From positions 496,001-560,000 of the forward strand of contig OZ281501.1 in the NCBI GenBank assembly GCA_965637545.1: 64,000 nucleotides of DNA. Direction: 5' to 3'. Under the pieces are notes generated by a model. That model did no database searches. It saw only the letters and a list, made by a program, of their open reading frames with translations, and was not told where the DNA came from. The position numbers and the translations under genes are program-made. The stretch comes from Phallusia mammillata (lineage: Eukaryota). This document shows positions 12,701 through 25,186 of the stretch, piece by piece (the first letter of the stretch is position 1; the number at the start of each line of letters is the position of its first letter).

Positions 12701-15700
12701 AAAACAAACAATGTAAGATTGTGAAAAACAAGTTATTAGATGTCGATTTGTGAAAACGCGAAAGTGGATTTCGTACATATAGAAATCATACAACAGTGAA
12801 TAAATATTAATTTGCCTGCTAATGTATTATTTCTGTTTATTGCACAAGTGACTTGATACTCCAGTAAAAAAAAACTACATTAAGTTGAATCAAACTGGCG
12901 AATAAAATTGTTAATTTTTTAAATATTTTGTTGCCTACAATGAGGTGGTAGATATGATGGACTAGATTGGAAGTCTATACCGGAGAAAAACATTCCACAT
13001 ATTTTGGCATTCAGCAGAAGATGCGGCAAAACTAACTGAAGAAAATATGAGTGGGCGTCAACATTGTTTGTCTCGCAACCCACCGCAACAGAAAGGTTGG
13101 TGTGAATACGATATTTTGGTTCAAGCTTGACTGAATATCTAACAACATACGCGCTTATGACAATCGGGTTCTGCATCGTGTGTGGCCTTCAAGTTAACTC
13201 TATGAATTTTTAAATCAGCATAAATTCCATCACTGAAAACCGCATTTAAATGAATCACTCTAACCAGACATACTTTTTTACACGGTTGATTGCACAAAGG
13301 TGGTTATGAACAATACACCTAACTAAAAGTGACAAGTTTTGGTGGCAATGAACCAATCTTAAATATTCGACCCAAAACACAATACATCGCATATCGAATG
13401 TTTTGATGCATAAATTGTGTTGTGTTGCAGTTTTTGCATATAATTGATCATTGTTTTCAAAACCAGGGTTGCAATTGCGAACATGGCAGCCAATAAACAA
13501 ACTGTCACCGTTAAAAATTACAAACAATCACAGCGACGTGCATAAGAAGGTACCAATATAGTACAAATCTTCTTCTTTCACTCTTCACAATACGTCAGAA
13601 ATAAATAAAATAACAAATAACGTCAGACCAGCGTATTTGTGTGGAAACCTCACAACGTTTAGAGAGTTCAAAGACTCCAACACGAAACAACAAACAGAAA
13701 GTTTTCAAAGAAAGTGACTCAAAAAAATATTGGGGTGAAAAACGTTTTGTAACACAGTTCCTCAAACATTCAACTAAGTGATATCTTTCGGCAAATCAGT
13801 TCGTTTCCAGACAGAACTTAAACAAACCGGTGTCACGAGTTAAGAAAACAACTCCGCTTCAAGAGTAGGAGGAAGTTTTTCGTGTCTGAACTTCACAGGG
13901 AAACCGCAGAGTTGGGCGAGATTCGGTCGAAACCGCAGTGTTTGGTTTGCTCATTGTTCAAAAGGTCGGCCTGTGCTTTTGTGGGTTCGGAGAAAGTTGT
14001 GGGCGGATTGACACAACACAACTACGTCTCACTTACTGGCGCGATGAGTAACAATTGAAAACCACACGAGAAAGTTTCGTAATTAAAGTGATCATTACGA
14101 TGTTGTATGCTGATGCAAAGTGGAGCGTAAGCAGGCTCGAAATTTGAAAGCGAACCAGCTAAATTTAATGTTCATTTACCGAAGCAAAAATTTGACACAA
14201 TAGCAGAATTCGTCGTCAGGCCCGAAATCAAGTTAGTTCGTGAAACTTAAACCCAAACCCAAACTTTTTTAAAATGCACTTTTTGATCTAAAACAGAAGT
14301 AAAATAATAAATTGTTATTTTTTCGTCAAGCATCCTAAACCTAAAGCACCCGTACACAAACAGCGGGTTTACGAGAAGATTTCTGCGGTAAATCTGCTAC
14401 ATTTCAAAGCTTTCAAAAAAATCAGTGGAAATGTTTATGTATCTTTTTTCAAAAACCAAACATAAGGTGAATTTCAAGAGCTGAAAAACACCAACAAACA
14501 AAGATTTCGCAACTTTGAAACATTCAAATAATGTTGTTAGACCTGTAATCACGAAAATCCCCCTGAAATATCACAGAAGCTAGTAGTGATGAAGTGTTCG
14601 ACAAATTACTATGTACGATTGTGGAAAGCTGACAATCATCACAGCGGGAGGAGTAAGAGGTTTAAACGACCCCCAACTGTGGATGAGCGAGCGTTATGGG
14701 TGCGGTGCACTTTAATGTGGCTCCCATCCGATGAGACGAAGGTTTTGAGAGGTCAATCATGCGGAAAATCACGTCCGGGCGTCACAAGAGCTGAGGTCCC
14801 GTCGATTTGCGACCTTTCAAGGACTTTTGGGCCATTAGCTGAGGTCTGTGGCTTGCGCAAACTGAGATGTGAATTACTTCAAAGTTTCGGGACTGAGGCA
14901 CTTTACTCGTATCCACCAGAACCGAAAGATAACAGCGCAGTGCTTTAAAATGTTTCCCACCAACAATCGCATAACCCTCGGAACCCGAAGGTCGTAGGTT
15001 CGAAACCCACAGGTGCCAAATTTTTTCAACCCAACCAATTAACTTTATATAAGGCCCAAAAACGACAGACAAACACTACAACCTTCACCAAACCATACCG
15101 GGGTTCATATTTACAAATTACCTTCACCAGACAAGCATTGCACATCTACATAAACTATCTACTAATAGACAAGCCAAAGGTACAGACTTGTTTAAGTACA
15201 TGTGACGCTTTTCTTGACTTTTGTAACAAATTCTTCTTTAAATACCCGAAAGAAAGTTTCAAAAACTGACAATTTCGCAAATTAATTGGCAACATTTGTG
15301 AATAAAAGGCGTCGCAATCGAACTTACATTAATCGCTTTTCCGGCAATAGCATCTGCATGTTGTGGGTATCTCTGTTGAAGATAGCGAAGAAAGGCCGAT
15401 CTCTTCCTCTCAGCTTCACTGGTGCTCATCACGCCATGTAGCGGTGAGTCGTAATCGCTCGGATATCCGGTAGATGGCGCAAACGACGAGCTTTGCAGAT
15501 GAGAATAATTGCCCTTAAATGAAGACAAAGCATAATCTAAAAAACATGTTTCTGCAAACATAAATATCTTTTCTACACAAGAGTTTTTATAGAACCATGT
15601 TTTAGTCTTAGCAAGGTAATACTTGTGTTAAAAAAAGCCAAACGTTTTGACAATTAATGTTGTCATCGTCAGTTGAAATTAAACCAGCAGAAGGGATGCA

Positions 15701-18700
15701 ACTTTGTGCTGTAAAACAGGAAAAAGGCAAAACAGTCTTTTTAGAAGCATGCTTTGTGAAACCGAGTGTTTAATGTGTTTGATTATTTCCACGCAATCGT
15801 GGTAAGCAAACAACGAGCATAGCATTGTATAGATCAGGGGTCGGCAACCTTTTTTTGCACTGCGGGCCGGTTTGAACCTGAATTTTTTATCATGGGCCGG
15901 CCTATAAAAACCACAAATGTTCAACACTGAAAACTAATTACAGTTATTCAATGTGAACCTTGAGCAAGTTTTATGCGGCCCGGTAACAAACCCCTCACGG
16001 ACCGGTAGTTGCCGACCACTGTATATAGATGCCAGTTTGCAAACTAGAAATGCTTGTAACAGAAAATACACTGACGGATTTGAGTGTGCTGAAATTGTCA
16101 GCTAAGGTAAATTTTTAGGAGTGTGAGGTTTCATATGCGCTTTCACCACAGTTAAGGAAACGCACACCCCTTAACAATTCACCACGACCCATATATGAAC
16201 AGCGGTGCCTTAGATAAATATTTACGTAATATGTTGCACCTAAGAATCAATATGAATCAGATCAACAACGTGGATGTATTGATTTGTTCCGGGGTCGAGT
16301 CAACAATTATTTTTAAGCTGACTTGTAAAAAAAACAAGCCAAAAAATTTCAGAGTTTGGTTGGCGGTCAGTTGTGCTACAACATCTTGGTTAAAGAAATG
16401 GTTAAGAAATAGAAATAATAAGATCCATCACCGGCGAAATTTTAAAATAGAGATGTGCAGTTTAGCTAAATGTTAAAACCACCCACCTAATAAAAAAAAT
16501 GTTGCTGTTTTATTAGTACTTTGCTATTGAATTTCGATTTATATTGTATGGGTACAGAATCACTAAACATCAAGAGGAACCAACAACTAAAGTAAAGTCA
16601 AATTTAATACGAAACCGCAATAAACGTGAAAACGCCGAAGCTACATTAATATTAGTCCTTTGAATTTAAATTCACAGATGTTGTCACCCTTTATGGTTGT
16701 AATTCTTTTAACAAAACCGTTTTTGGTGAAATATCTCCACGAAGTTTATCCCGAAGTTCCCGCACAAGCAGTGATGGTGCGAATAACGTAATTAAGTTTG
16801 AGTGCTTGTGTCAACACTTGTAGAGTCACTCACAGGAGAAAGCAACCAATCTTCCCCATTCATGACTCACCACTTCAAACACGTGACACCACAAACTATT
16901 GTCACTCGTCACCTCTTTGTTACGCAACAAGTGGATTCCTAACTAGCTTAATTCAGTCAATCGTGACAAGCTTTTGCAAATTGTTCAAAATTGGCACGGG
17001 CGTAAAAAATCTAATAACCAGTGATACATTTTATTACAGACGTTTCAACAATCGCTGTTGTCATCATCAGTGCAGGTTGTCAACAAACGTTTTGAATCTT
17101 GCGTTAGGTTGACATGATGTAACGTTTACTGAAGTGAGTAACCGCAAGTGCCTTTGCAGTTATGTTTTTAACCCTAACTCCGTTGAAAATTAATCTCAAC
17201 ATTTTGACTTCAACAAAGGCCCAAATAGACGTAAAAAGCGACATGCTTTATTGTTCAAACGTTTCGGCAAATGCTTATGCCATGTCGCTCACGTTTTCAC
17301 TTATTCTATCGATACATTGAAGTACGCTGCGGCTCTATGACCAAGCTCGTTCACGAACCCGCTTCATATATAACCATGTCCCATCCAACTTACGTTCAAC
17401 TTTGGTTCATCCCCAGTCAGTGTGTGTCTGCGCGGGTGTCGGACAGGCTGCTGCTGCTGTTGTTGGTTGCTATGGTGATAATGACGTTGCAGCGACCCGT
17501 AGCCCACCTGCGGAGTTACGTCATACATGTCTGACGTCATCGTCGAACTGGATGCAAGGGAGATGTTGTCCAGGTCTGAAACAAAATTATTTGATAAAAT
17601 GAAAACATTCATACTGGGATCAGCCCTGAAACGTCGATGCAGACCAGCGATCACGGCATACTAGATTTCCCAGCCTATGCCCTGCCATATGGGAATGCTT
17701 GGGTAACCGGCTAATTCGGTACACGCCTTTATTAGGCCAAGGGTACTGAGAAAATCATTTGACGTTCGACATGAAACTGTGGTTTGGTAGGGTGGGTCTG
17801 CGTGTGTGTAGAGTTAATTTGTGGTAAAAACGATGAAATGTAGGTTTGGTTGAATTTGCGAATACTTTTTCCGAGAACTCTTTTGCAAATGTACTTGGAC
17901 GACGTATGTAACCGGTGATGTATCTAGTTTTCATAAATATTTGTTATGCTTAAAGCAGTTGTTCTTAACCTCTACATATTTCGTGACCCCCTTAAAGTAA
18001 CCAAGAGAAAGTGAAAGTCAATAATTATTGACTTTTTGATAGATTATAATCTATCAGGACAAGTATTGTTTGCTATATCAGACAAACGGTACAAATTTCA
18101 AATGATTACAACCGTTGACTAAAAATTCATTTCGGCCACATTTCGTACGAGGAAAGGTTTGCATTTGTGTTTTGCTGTGTATTGGTAAGTGTCACTAGTG
18201 AGTCTGCACATGCGACGCCCAGAAGACACCTTGTGCCCCCCTTAAGTATACATGCGACCAATGATGGGATTCAGCCGGTTCGCACCGGTTAGCATTACTG
18301 GTTACTCAATGGACTTTTTGTAACAGAACCGGCTGAAAAATTTGACGAAAATTTGTGATAGAACCGGATGATAAAAATTTGAATCACACCACTGTATGTG
18401 ACCAGAGAACCGCTGGTTTAAAGCTTCCATGAGGAAAGTTTTGGCATAAATTCGGACACACGTGAAACAGAACGTACTTACCCAGCAGTTTGGGTGGTTG
18501 GAATCGGGTTGAGTGAATTCAAACCAAACCTGGTCACAGTGTTGGACTTCCCATATACGCGGTCATGCTTATATTCACAACAAGTCAATTGAAAGTACAA
18601 ATGCCATTGTTATTTAACAAACAACACCCTGAGCGATCAAAATAACACGCGGGTTAGAATGGTGTGAAATCGAAAATAGTTGGACGGAAAAGATAAAATC

Positions 18701-21700
18701 TGTAATGATTCCAAGACGTAAAAACGTTTCAAGTTATAACTAGAATGAACTTTAACAAATTTCGGCTACACTTTGATCTAAATTTTGTAAAGTCAGTTAA
18801 AAACCACGACTATTTTCCCAAAATGTTAAACAAATATATTTTTTAACCTTTTTCCAAAAACTGTCTAAATCAGTGGTTCTCAAACTGTGCGTGGCGACGC
18901 CCTGGTGCGTCGTTTCAATTTTCCAAGGGCGTCGCAGAATAGTTTCGTTTTGTGGCTTTTTGTTGTTGTATCAATAAACCCAACTTTAATAATAAGTTTC
19001 CTCATTAACTGTTATTTGCTGGTGCGTCGCAAGTCCAGAAAACTTTTTCGTCGCAACAAAAAAAAGTTTGAGAACCACTGGTCTAAATCAATCAGTAGCC
19101 TAAATATCTTTTAACAATTATTGCCAAATCATATATCAGTTGACTTTAGAATCACTTGAAAATATCACGAAACAAATTGGTATACACGCAGCACTCGCCG
19201 AAGATATCAACTACAAGTTTTAAATCGGATTTAGGTAAACAAACCTAAAACTTCCAGACAGCGTTTACTTAAAACCCGGATTAAAATCTGCTGATGCCAG
19301 ATTGCTGGAAATTACTGTACACTATATCGCGCGTGGATATTGGCTGAATACACACAACGTTAATAGCTGGCTGCCTGTCGCTTGCCCGGCTGTCTGGAAT
19401 TCATACGTCTTTGAATTAGTTCCAAGCTACTGCTATATTCCCACAGGGCGTTTAACAAAGGGTTCAAAGCGATATTTGTAATAGTGAAATACATTTTCTC
19501 CCTACAATATACTCTACATGCTAATTATTTAGCTCAAGGCTGAAACTGTAACAGAAAAACGCTAACATTTGTCAACAACAGTCTACAGACGCCATACTAT
19601 TCTACTTAAAACAAACAAGTAAAACGTCTCAAAATTATGAGTTTGACAATTCTTGTATCAAACCATCCATATTCGACACACAAACCAAAACACTGAACAA
19701 TTCCCTACAAAGTAATAACCAGTTTTCACTTTTTTCTGGCAATGGAGTTTAACCTGTCCTACTTCCTTCCAACTACGCTGTGTTTACAAACTGCAAACCT
19801 GATTATAATCTGTGACACAGTTTACAACGGCCTGGCAGAAAAGCATGCGTCAACTGCTTAAACTTTAACATTCTGCCAAATCTGACTCTAAAAAACTTGG
19901 TTGAGTAAGAAGTTTTATCAGGAAAACGTTTCAACTTCAGACGGAATGTTTCAGTTGGTTTAAAACGAAAAGCGGTGAAAGAGGCGCGATGAGTGAAGTA
20001 GAAACATTTGCCTGAGGCGACTCGCTGATTATCTTCAGTTTAATCAACAGAGCAGTAACAAAGTGTTGCCACAATCAACCTTAAACATCAGTTGAAAGCC
20101 ACCCCAGCATTTCACATGCACATATCCCCGTATATCCTGTGTGTATTAGTGAAAGCGACGGTGGTTGGCGTATTGTTTGTTTAGCTCGCTCCAAATTTAG
20201 TAAACACCAGGGCGCTTTGTGTAGAGCAGGTCTATCACACATCACCTAACCTAGCCGGGTGTACTGTGAAGCTGAAACGATGTATTAAGCTTACGTAATC
20301 ATGCCACATACGCACATAAATTCCCAATGAACACATGAAAACCTGTTCTACTGGTCTAATATACTTCCCTGGCGTCTTGTGCAACTTTCAACCTAAACAT
20401 TTTCCACATGGCTCTAATTCCTTCATCAACATCCTATGTCTGATTTAAGTAACGAATAACTATTAATTAGGATTGAAAACATTAGAACTTTAAACTACTA
20501 CAGAAAAAGTTCAACTCTAAACTCAAAATTACACTTCTAGCACCACCTACATGCTTAACTTGTGCTGAAAAGAGAAAGTCACAAATCTTTAAATCAAACC
20601 CCACAGCATGCTACGAACCCCCTAATTTTGTAATAAGACACCAACGGACACATGAGTGACGGTGATATAAACTTCACACTACAGCCAAGCTCAATATCAT
20701 CACTCCTACTCTACTCTCCGGTTTCCTCATATTATGTTTGTCGTTCATGTGCTCACTCGTGCGCGACCGACCATGACGGTTGTGACACGCTCCACCGCAC
20801 ACACTTCCCACCATTGTTGTTGGCGACGCGTGTTTAAATCCCAGGAGAGAGCGTTAAAGGGAAGTGATACTTTTTTTTAATTTCGTCAAAATTTCAACGG
20901 TAAATAAAAATAAATTAAACTTTAGTGCTTATCAACTCAAAACTTTATCAACCACTGCCAAAGTATTTTAGCTATTGCTGCCAAGAATAACAACAAATTT
21001 ATAAAGTTCTTCTGGCAAATGTATTTTTATTCCGGCGTTTCGACTACCTATACAGGTCGCCTTCTTTAGCGTAAATAACACTGAATGCGTGTAGCACACT
21101 GCACGATAAACAAAGGAAAACAAAATAACTACCAAAATATTTTTTGTTCTTTAAATTGCCACCTTCGTCAAACCTTCAACATAAAGAACCTTATTATCTG
21201 GTCGTTTAAAATCTGTTTACAAATGTTCTAACACGCGGTTATCTGAGCGCGAACTGAAATTGACTTTATTTAAATATTCACGCAATGCTGGTTTTCCTTT
21301 AAGTAACTTTTCTCCACTGGGGGCCTCGAATTTTCACCCAAGCAAATCGTAAATGTGTTTTGTGTTATCAAGTTTGAAGTGGGCAAAGTGCGTGATGAAA
21401 GGGGGGCTGGGGCAATGGGTCAGGGTGGGTAAAGCGAACATTTCCGTTGGTTGGGTATCATTTCACGCCCCAACATTGATTCAAACTTAAAGTGGGTGTG
21501 GCGTTTATGAATACAACGTGATGTGGGAGGGCCAAATTCATTATGATATTGTATATGGCATAGCTGTTTATAAGACTGAAAAATCGACAATGAAATGTAC
21601 GACCAACTATTTTGTATGTAGGTTTAGAAACAAATCAAGACCTATAAGTCTCAATTTTTTTCCAATGAAATTCGACAACTTAAGAAAATATATTATGTTG

Positions 21701-23240
21701 CGTATTTAGCAGAAAAGTTTCATTCAGGGACACATTGACTGGGTTGAAACATCCGCCTCTGGGGATTTGAAGCATTAGACAGATGAATTGTATTAGCTTA
21801 GTCATAAATTACGTCAGATTAAGTTAGTTTCTTTAAAAAATTGGCTTTGATAAAAAAGTCAGAAATTTGGAATCGTAGCAAAAAATTGAGAAGAGCTGGT
21901 GAAATTGTTATCAAACAATCACCATTGTCTTCACCTGATTCTAGATCGACATCCCGCAGTGACGAAGTTTCCCACTCATTCCTTCCACTTCGACCTCCTG
22001 GTTCGGAATTAAACGAAACTGAATCCAACGGACGATGTTTCGATGCTTCGCGGGGTCTGGGTGAAACAAAATAGACATCATATCAACTTGTGCCAAGAGT
22101 GATTATACTGAACAATATCAGACCCTCCACCAGACAGCTTGGTCATTGACTATCACTGTTTATCAAAATATATAACTATGAATGGAAAATATATTCCTAT
22201 GAGTTGCATCTTCAGACCTATAATAAACATGGTCGCAAACATTCCACATTTCAGCGTTTTAACTTTCTATAAGTTGTCAGGTGGCGATTATAAATACACT
22301 GAACCAAGGAGAAACAGATAAATTGCAACACAGGTGTTTTATTGTGGTTATGTGACAAAGGTATGGTACTACACACAGTTCGACCTCCTATGATCTTTAT
22401 GGGACAGTAAACCATTTCCTAGACACAGAGGCACACACATATTATTTACATTGTCATAAACTATGTTGTATTCATGTCAGGACGCTCACAATTTAGGTTG
22501 TGGCGTGAAGTTAAAGATTAAACAGTTCGTCACGACAACCTACCGACACTTCGTTCGTTTTATTGTGTCATAAACTTTGACAGTGAGATTACACAATTTT
22601 TAAACAACCTCTCAACGTTAAGCCGCAACAAAACACTTGGAAAGGTTTGAATTTATAATTAGGCAACTTTCGTCAAACACGATAATTATAATCCAGGTTA
22701 GGTTTTGAACAATCTACTTTTCAATCTGTTTTACGTGTTATATGGATTGATGCTTCTCGGTCTCAAACCTTCGTATCATATAGTTACAAGCGGGCCCGAA
22801 ACTACAAGCCCGAGACCCGGCCCGAACCGGAATCGTTTTTGAGAAGCTCGTTCAGGCCTAAAAGTTTGTTTGACAGGCTTCTATAATAAAGAACACATAC
22901 ATAATGGCCTGAACAAAACTTTTTAGGGTTGTTGGACATTAGGTTAAGTCCAGCAACTAACTTCTGAAGCGCGGTAATTAATATGTAATTTACGGACACA
23001 GAGTGTGGAGTCAGGCACGAATCAAGCCCCTTTGTCAAAAACGGACAAAACCTGACTTACAACTCTGCTTCCTATATTATTATAATGAAGCACTCGTAAT
23101 ACACAGCCGTTGTATAAACCAGCCTTACCTGTGTTTCACAGTAATTTCATCCTCAGGTACAGATGACAGGCGGTTTATTAATGTTTGTGCAGGTTTGTTA
23201 CGTTTTGAACTTGGACGCCGTTTCACCACAATTGGCTTCT
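6800..23240 (-). CDS. KIAA1217: KIAA1217 (sickle tail)/SRCIN1-family protein, 5' part; continues past the left edge of the window
   Basis: GT-AG exons in compatible phase: 23240-23129, 22056-21935, 17575-17394, 15513 (or 15536)-15328, 7019-6800. Peptides RHPRRHTLTG, EAERKRSAFLRYLQQRYPQHADAIAG and RGGRLRSSLPIVRSRSRSRERPLG match, in order, the recalled KIAA1217 blocks PRRHTLGG, DRKREAFLEHLKQKYPHHASAIMG and RGSRTRASLPVVRS..KERSLG. The expected next exon (G-VLYLQYG) was not found in 1-6799. Confidence 0.82.
7040..7745. repeat. Diverged tandem duplication, period about 366-370 bp
   Basis: Anchors cacacgtgg (7054, 7420) and aagcttgaagt (7238, 7608); ttgggtttgctaaaaa and acgatactgttag occur in both units. 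Confidence 0.75.
10225..10518. mobile_element. hAT-type MITE
   Basis: TIRs caatggttcccaacc / ggttgggaaccactg; 8-bp TSD ttttaggc / ctttaggc. Confidence 0.8.
14970..15018 (+). pseudogene. tRNA-like 3' half (SINE head or tRNA pseudogene)
   Basis: gaaggtcgtaggttcgaaacccacaggtgcca gives a T-arm with one mismatch and a B box; no acceptor-stem partner. Confidence 0.35.
15639..15674 (-). ncRNA. Hammerhead motif, subfamily A, degenerate (GAAA mutated to AAAA)
   Basis: Minus strand reads CTGACGA-T-GACAA cattaa TTGTC-AAAAC-GTT-TG. Confidence 0.45.
15835..16021. mobile_element. hAT-type MITE
   Basis: TIRs caggggtcggcaac / gttgccgaccactg; imperfect TSD (tatagat on both sides). Confidence 0.7.
17037..17072 (-). 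ncRNA. Hammerhead motif, subfamily A, intact core with GUC triplet
   Basis: Minus strand reads GCA-CTGATGA-T-GACAA cagcga TTGTT-GAAAC-GTC-TGT, followed by AATAAA. Confidence 0.7.
17256..17288 (-). ncRNA. Hammerhead remnant, subfamily B, core decayed
   Basis: GGCA taagcatt TGCC-GAAAC-GTT-TG followed by the tail aagcatgtcgctttttacgtctatttg, shared with the 28415 copy. Confidence 0.35.
17660..17750 (+). mobile_element. SINE body fragment without head
   Basis: gcctatgccctgccatatgggaatgcttggg...cggtacacgccttt matches the 6560 body. Confidence 0.6.
17956..18415. mobile_element. hAT-type MITE with a second hAT MITE nested at 18259-18394
   Basis: Outer TIRs cagttgttct / agaaccgctg with TSD gcttaaag / gtttaaaa. 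Inner TIRs caatgatgggattca / tgaatcacaccactg with TSD catgcgac / tatgtgac. Confidence 0.6.
18871..19080. mobile_element. hAT-type MITE (same family as 35297-35512)
   Basis: TIR cagtggttctcaaact / agtttgagaaccactg; perfect 8-bp TSD gtctaaat. Confidence 0.9.
21032..21071 (-). ncRNA. Hammerhead remnant, subfamily C, degenerate
   Basis: CTAAAGA-A-GGCGACCT gtat AGGTAGTC-GAAAC-GCC-GG. Tail shared with the 37332 copy. Confidence 0.4.
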
Positions 23241-23555
23241 CTGTGAATAAACACGTGACAAATATTCACTTTCTGATTGGTTACATAATGTTGAGTTATG
23301 TTTATCGTCAACATAAGAAAGGAATTGATATATTTCATTGGTTTAAAACTTGTTTGCTGAAAGTAAACTAAACACATTCGTTCATTTGTTTCTAAAATAT
23401 TGCTTAAACTGTACGTACAATAACTAAATAAGCTCAAACTTCACAAAATTAAGCAAGTTTTATCTCACACTACCTTCAAGTTACGGAAATAAAAAAATAA
23501 AAGTGTTTTTGTCAAAAAATTGAATTTACAAAATTATGTAAACAATTCAATATAC

Positions 23556-23733
23556 TTGGTACAATCGGGTTCTGATTTACAAATTGATTCATTCCTTGGT
23601 GATGTTGTTCAATTTTAATTCCTTGTTCAAAGTGTGCGATGATTTTCTTCAGCGGTTTCAGAGACGAATAATTTCTCTCCACATTATTACTGACAATGTT
23701 ACCACCAGTATTTGAACGCCTAGTGAGAGACAT
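23556..23733 (-). CDS. Tentative first coding exon of the KIAA1217-like gene (MSLTRRSNTGG...NQNPIVP)
   Basis: ATG at 23733, open frame to a phase-1 donor (A|GTATAT) at 23556, which matches the phase-1 acceptor of exon 23240. The donor is weak and there is no homology support. Confidence 0.35.
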
Positions 23734-25186
23734 CTTCTTACCATTCTAACCTATCCACAAATCTGAAAAACATCACATTTGCCAACCACATCCAGCAAGC
23801 TAAGACCTAAGTCTAATTAATCTGAAACAATTCCACTACACGACTTTAAACTTCATGCTTGGTTTGAAACAAAATCCATTCACACTTTAAGCCGGTTTTT
23901 GTGGTTCAGCTGAACTGAATGAAACATTTGTTTGTGGCCGATTATAAAAACAAAACAAGTATTCCAAGTATGTGAAATATTCGCTGGACGTTTCAACCAA
24001 CTTCAACCAGCAATCCAAAGACTACTTTGCAACAAATCATTGCAAAACCCAACACAAGTTACAGTTCCTGTGAACGAACCAACCAAGTAAGCATGTTTAG
24101 CTTCATGCGGTGCAGTACAGAGACGTTTTTATCGCTTATCAGTTGCAGTGCTCCAACTGAAAGCCACATATGCATGAAACACAGGTTTGTATGTGGAGCT
24201 ACAGCGCAAGTAACAACTACAGCTGGTTGCCCAATAAGCTTCACCCAAGCAAACGCATCCAACAATCGTTTGAACTGAAAACTGGATTTGCTTCCAACAT
24301 AAAAATTTGAAACCGGTTGGTACTATGCGGTTCAGCGCCTGGAACTCGTTTTGAAACTTGATTAAAACGCACAAACCAATGCTCGGTAAATAAATACCTA
24401 TAGTTTCAAGTAAAAGAGACAACCTTGTGGTAAAAGCCTAAAGTTAGGGTATAGATAGCCTACCACTTAAGTAGCTCTTCCTGTTTTTATGAATAGCAAA
24501 CTGTGTTACCAACATTCTGGTGACAAATTGAACTTTGTATTTAAATCCTTCAACTTCTTCTCCTGTATAAATCTGCGCTGGCTCGAGTGTTTGTTCGAAA
24601 TGTTCCGCCAAAGTTTTGAAATACGAGTCGCGATTTTTCCAAGTTAATTTTTAACCGCGGTTCGTTGGCTGGCCGAGACAGTTTGGAGGAAGGATTTCGG
24701 CAAATCAAATATAAGAGGCAGTGACATCAAATACCGGGATACCTTAAACAATGTTTCGGAATGTTTTCGATTTGTCAGATCATAAATTCCGAAAATTTTG
24801 AGTTATTGAGTTTGAGTTATATTCCAGAGTTTTTGCGCAATGATAGAAATCTCAGGCAGTCATGGCTGTCCAGAAACTGCTAATAATGGCATATGTCCTG
24901 ATTGCAACGGAAATATTTAAAAGTTTTTGCGCATTCGGTGCCTCGTTCATTTATTCATACAAAACTTAAAATAATTTTAATGTCATTAATCAACATGCGG
25001 TCAGATTGTTTATGCATTGAACCAAAATATTTATCTTTGGGGGAAATCCCTGTTTGGTTGCCACGAGAGCAGTTTGACTTTTTTTTTTTTTTTTTGCTCA
25101 ATCTTCATTTTAAATGTTGGCAGTTTAACATACGTGTCAAGTCATTTCATTTGCAGAAGTCTGCATTAAAACACGCTTGAAACAAG

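Noticed and set aside
3370-14910. Repeated GCACTTTA (miR-17-type seed on the minus strand)
   Set aside because: No pre-miRNA-length hairpin around any copy.
14640-14940. GC-richer block considered as RNase P/MRP, SRP or U3 RNA
   Set aside because: None of the conserved boxes were found.
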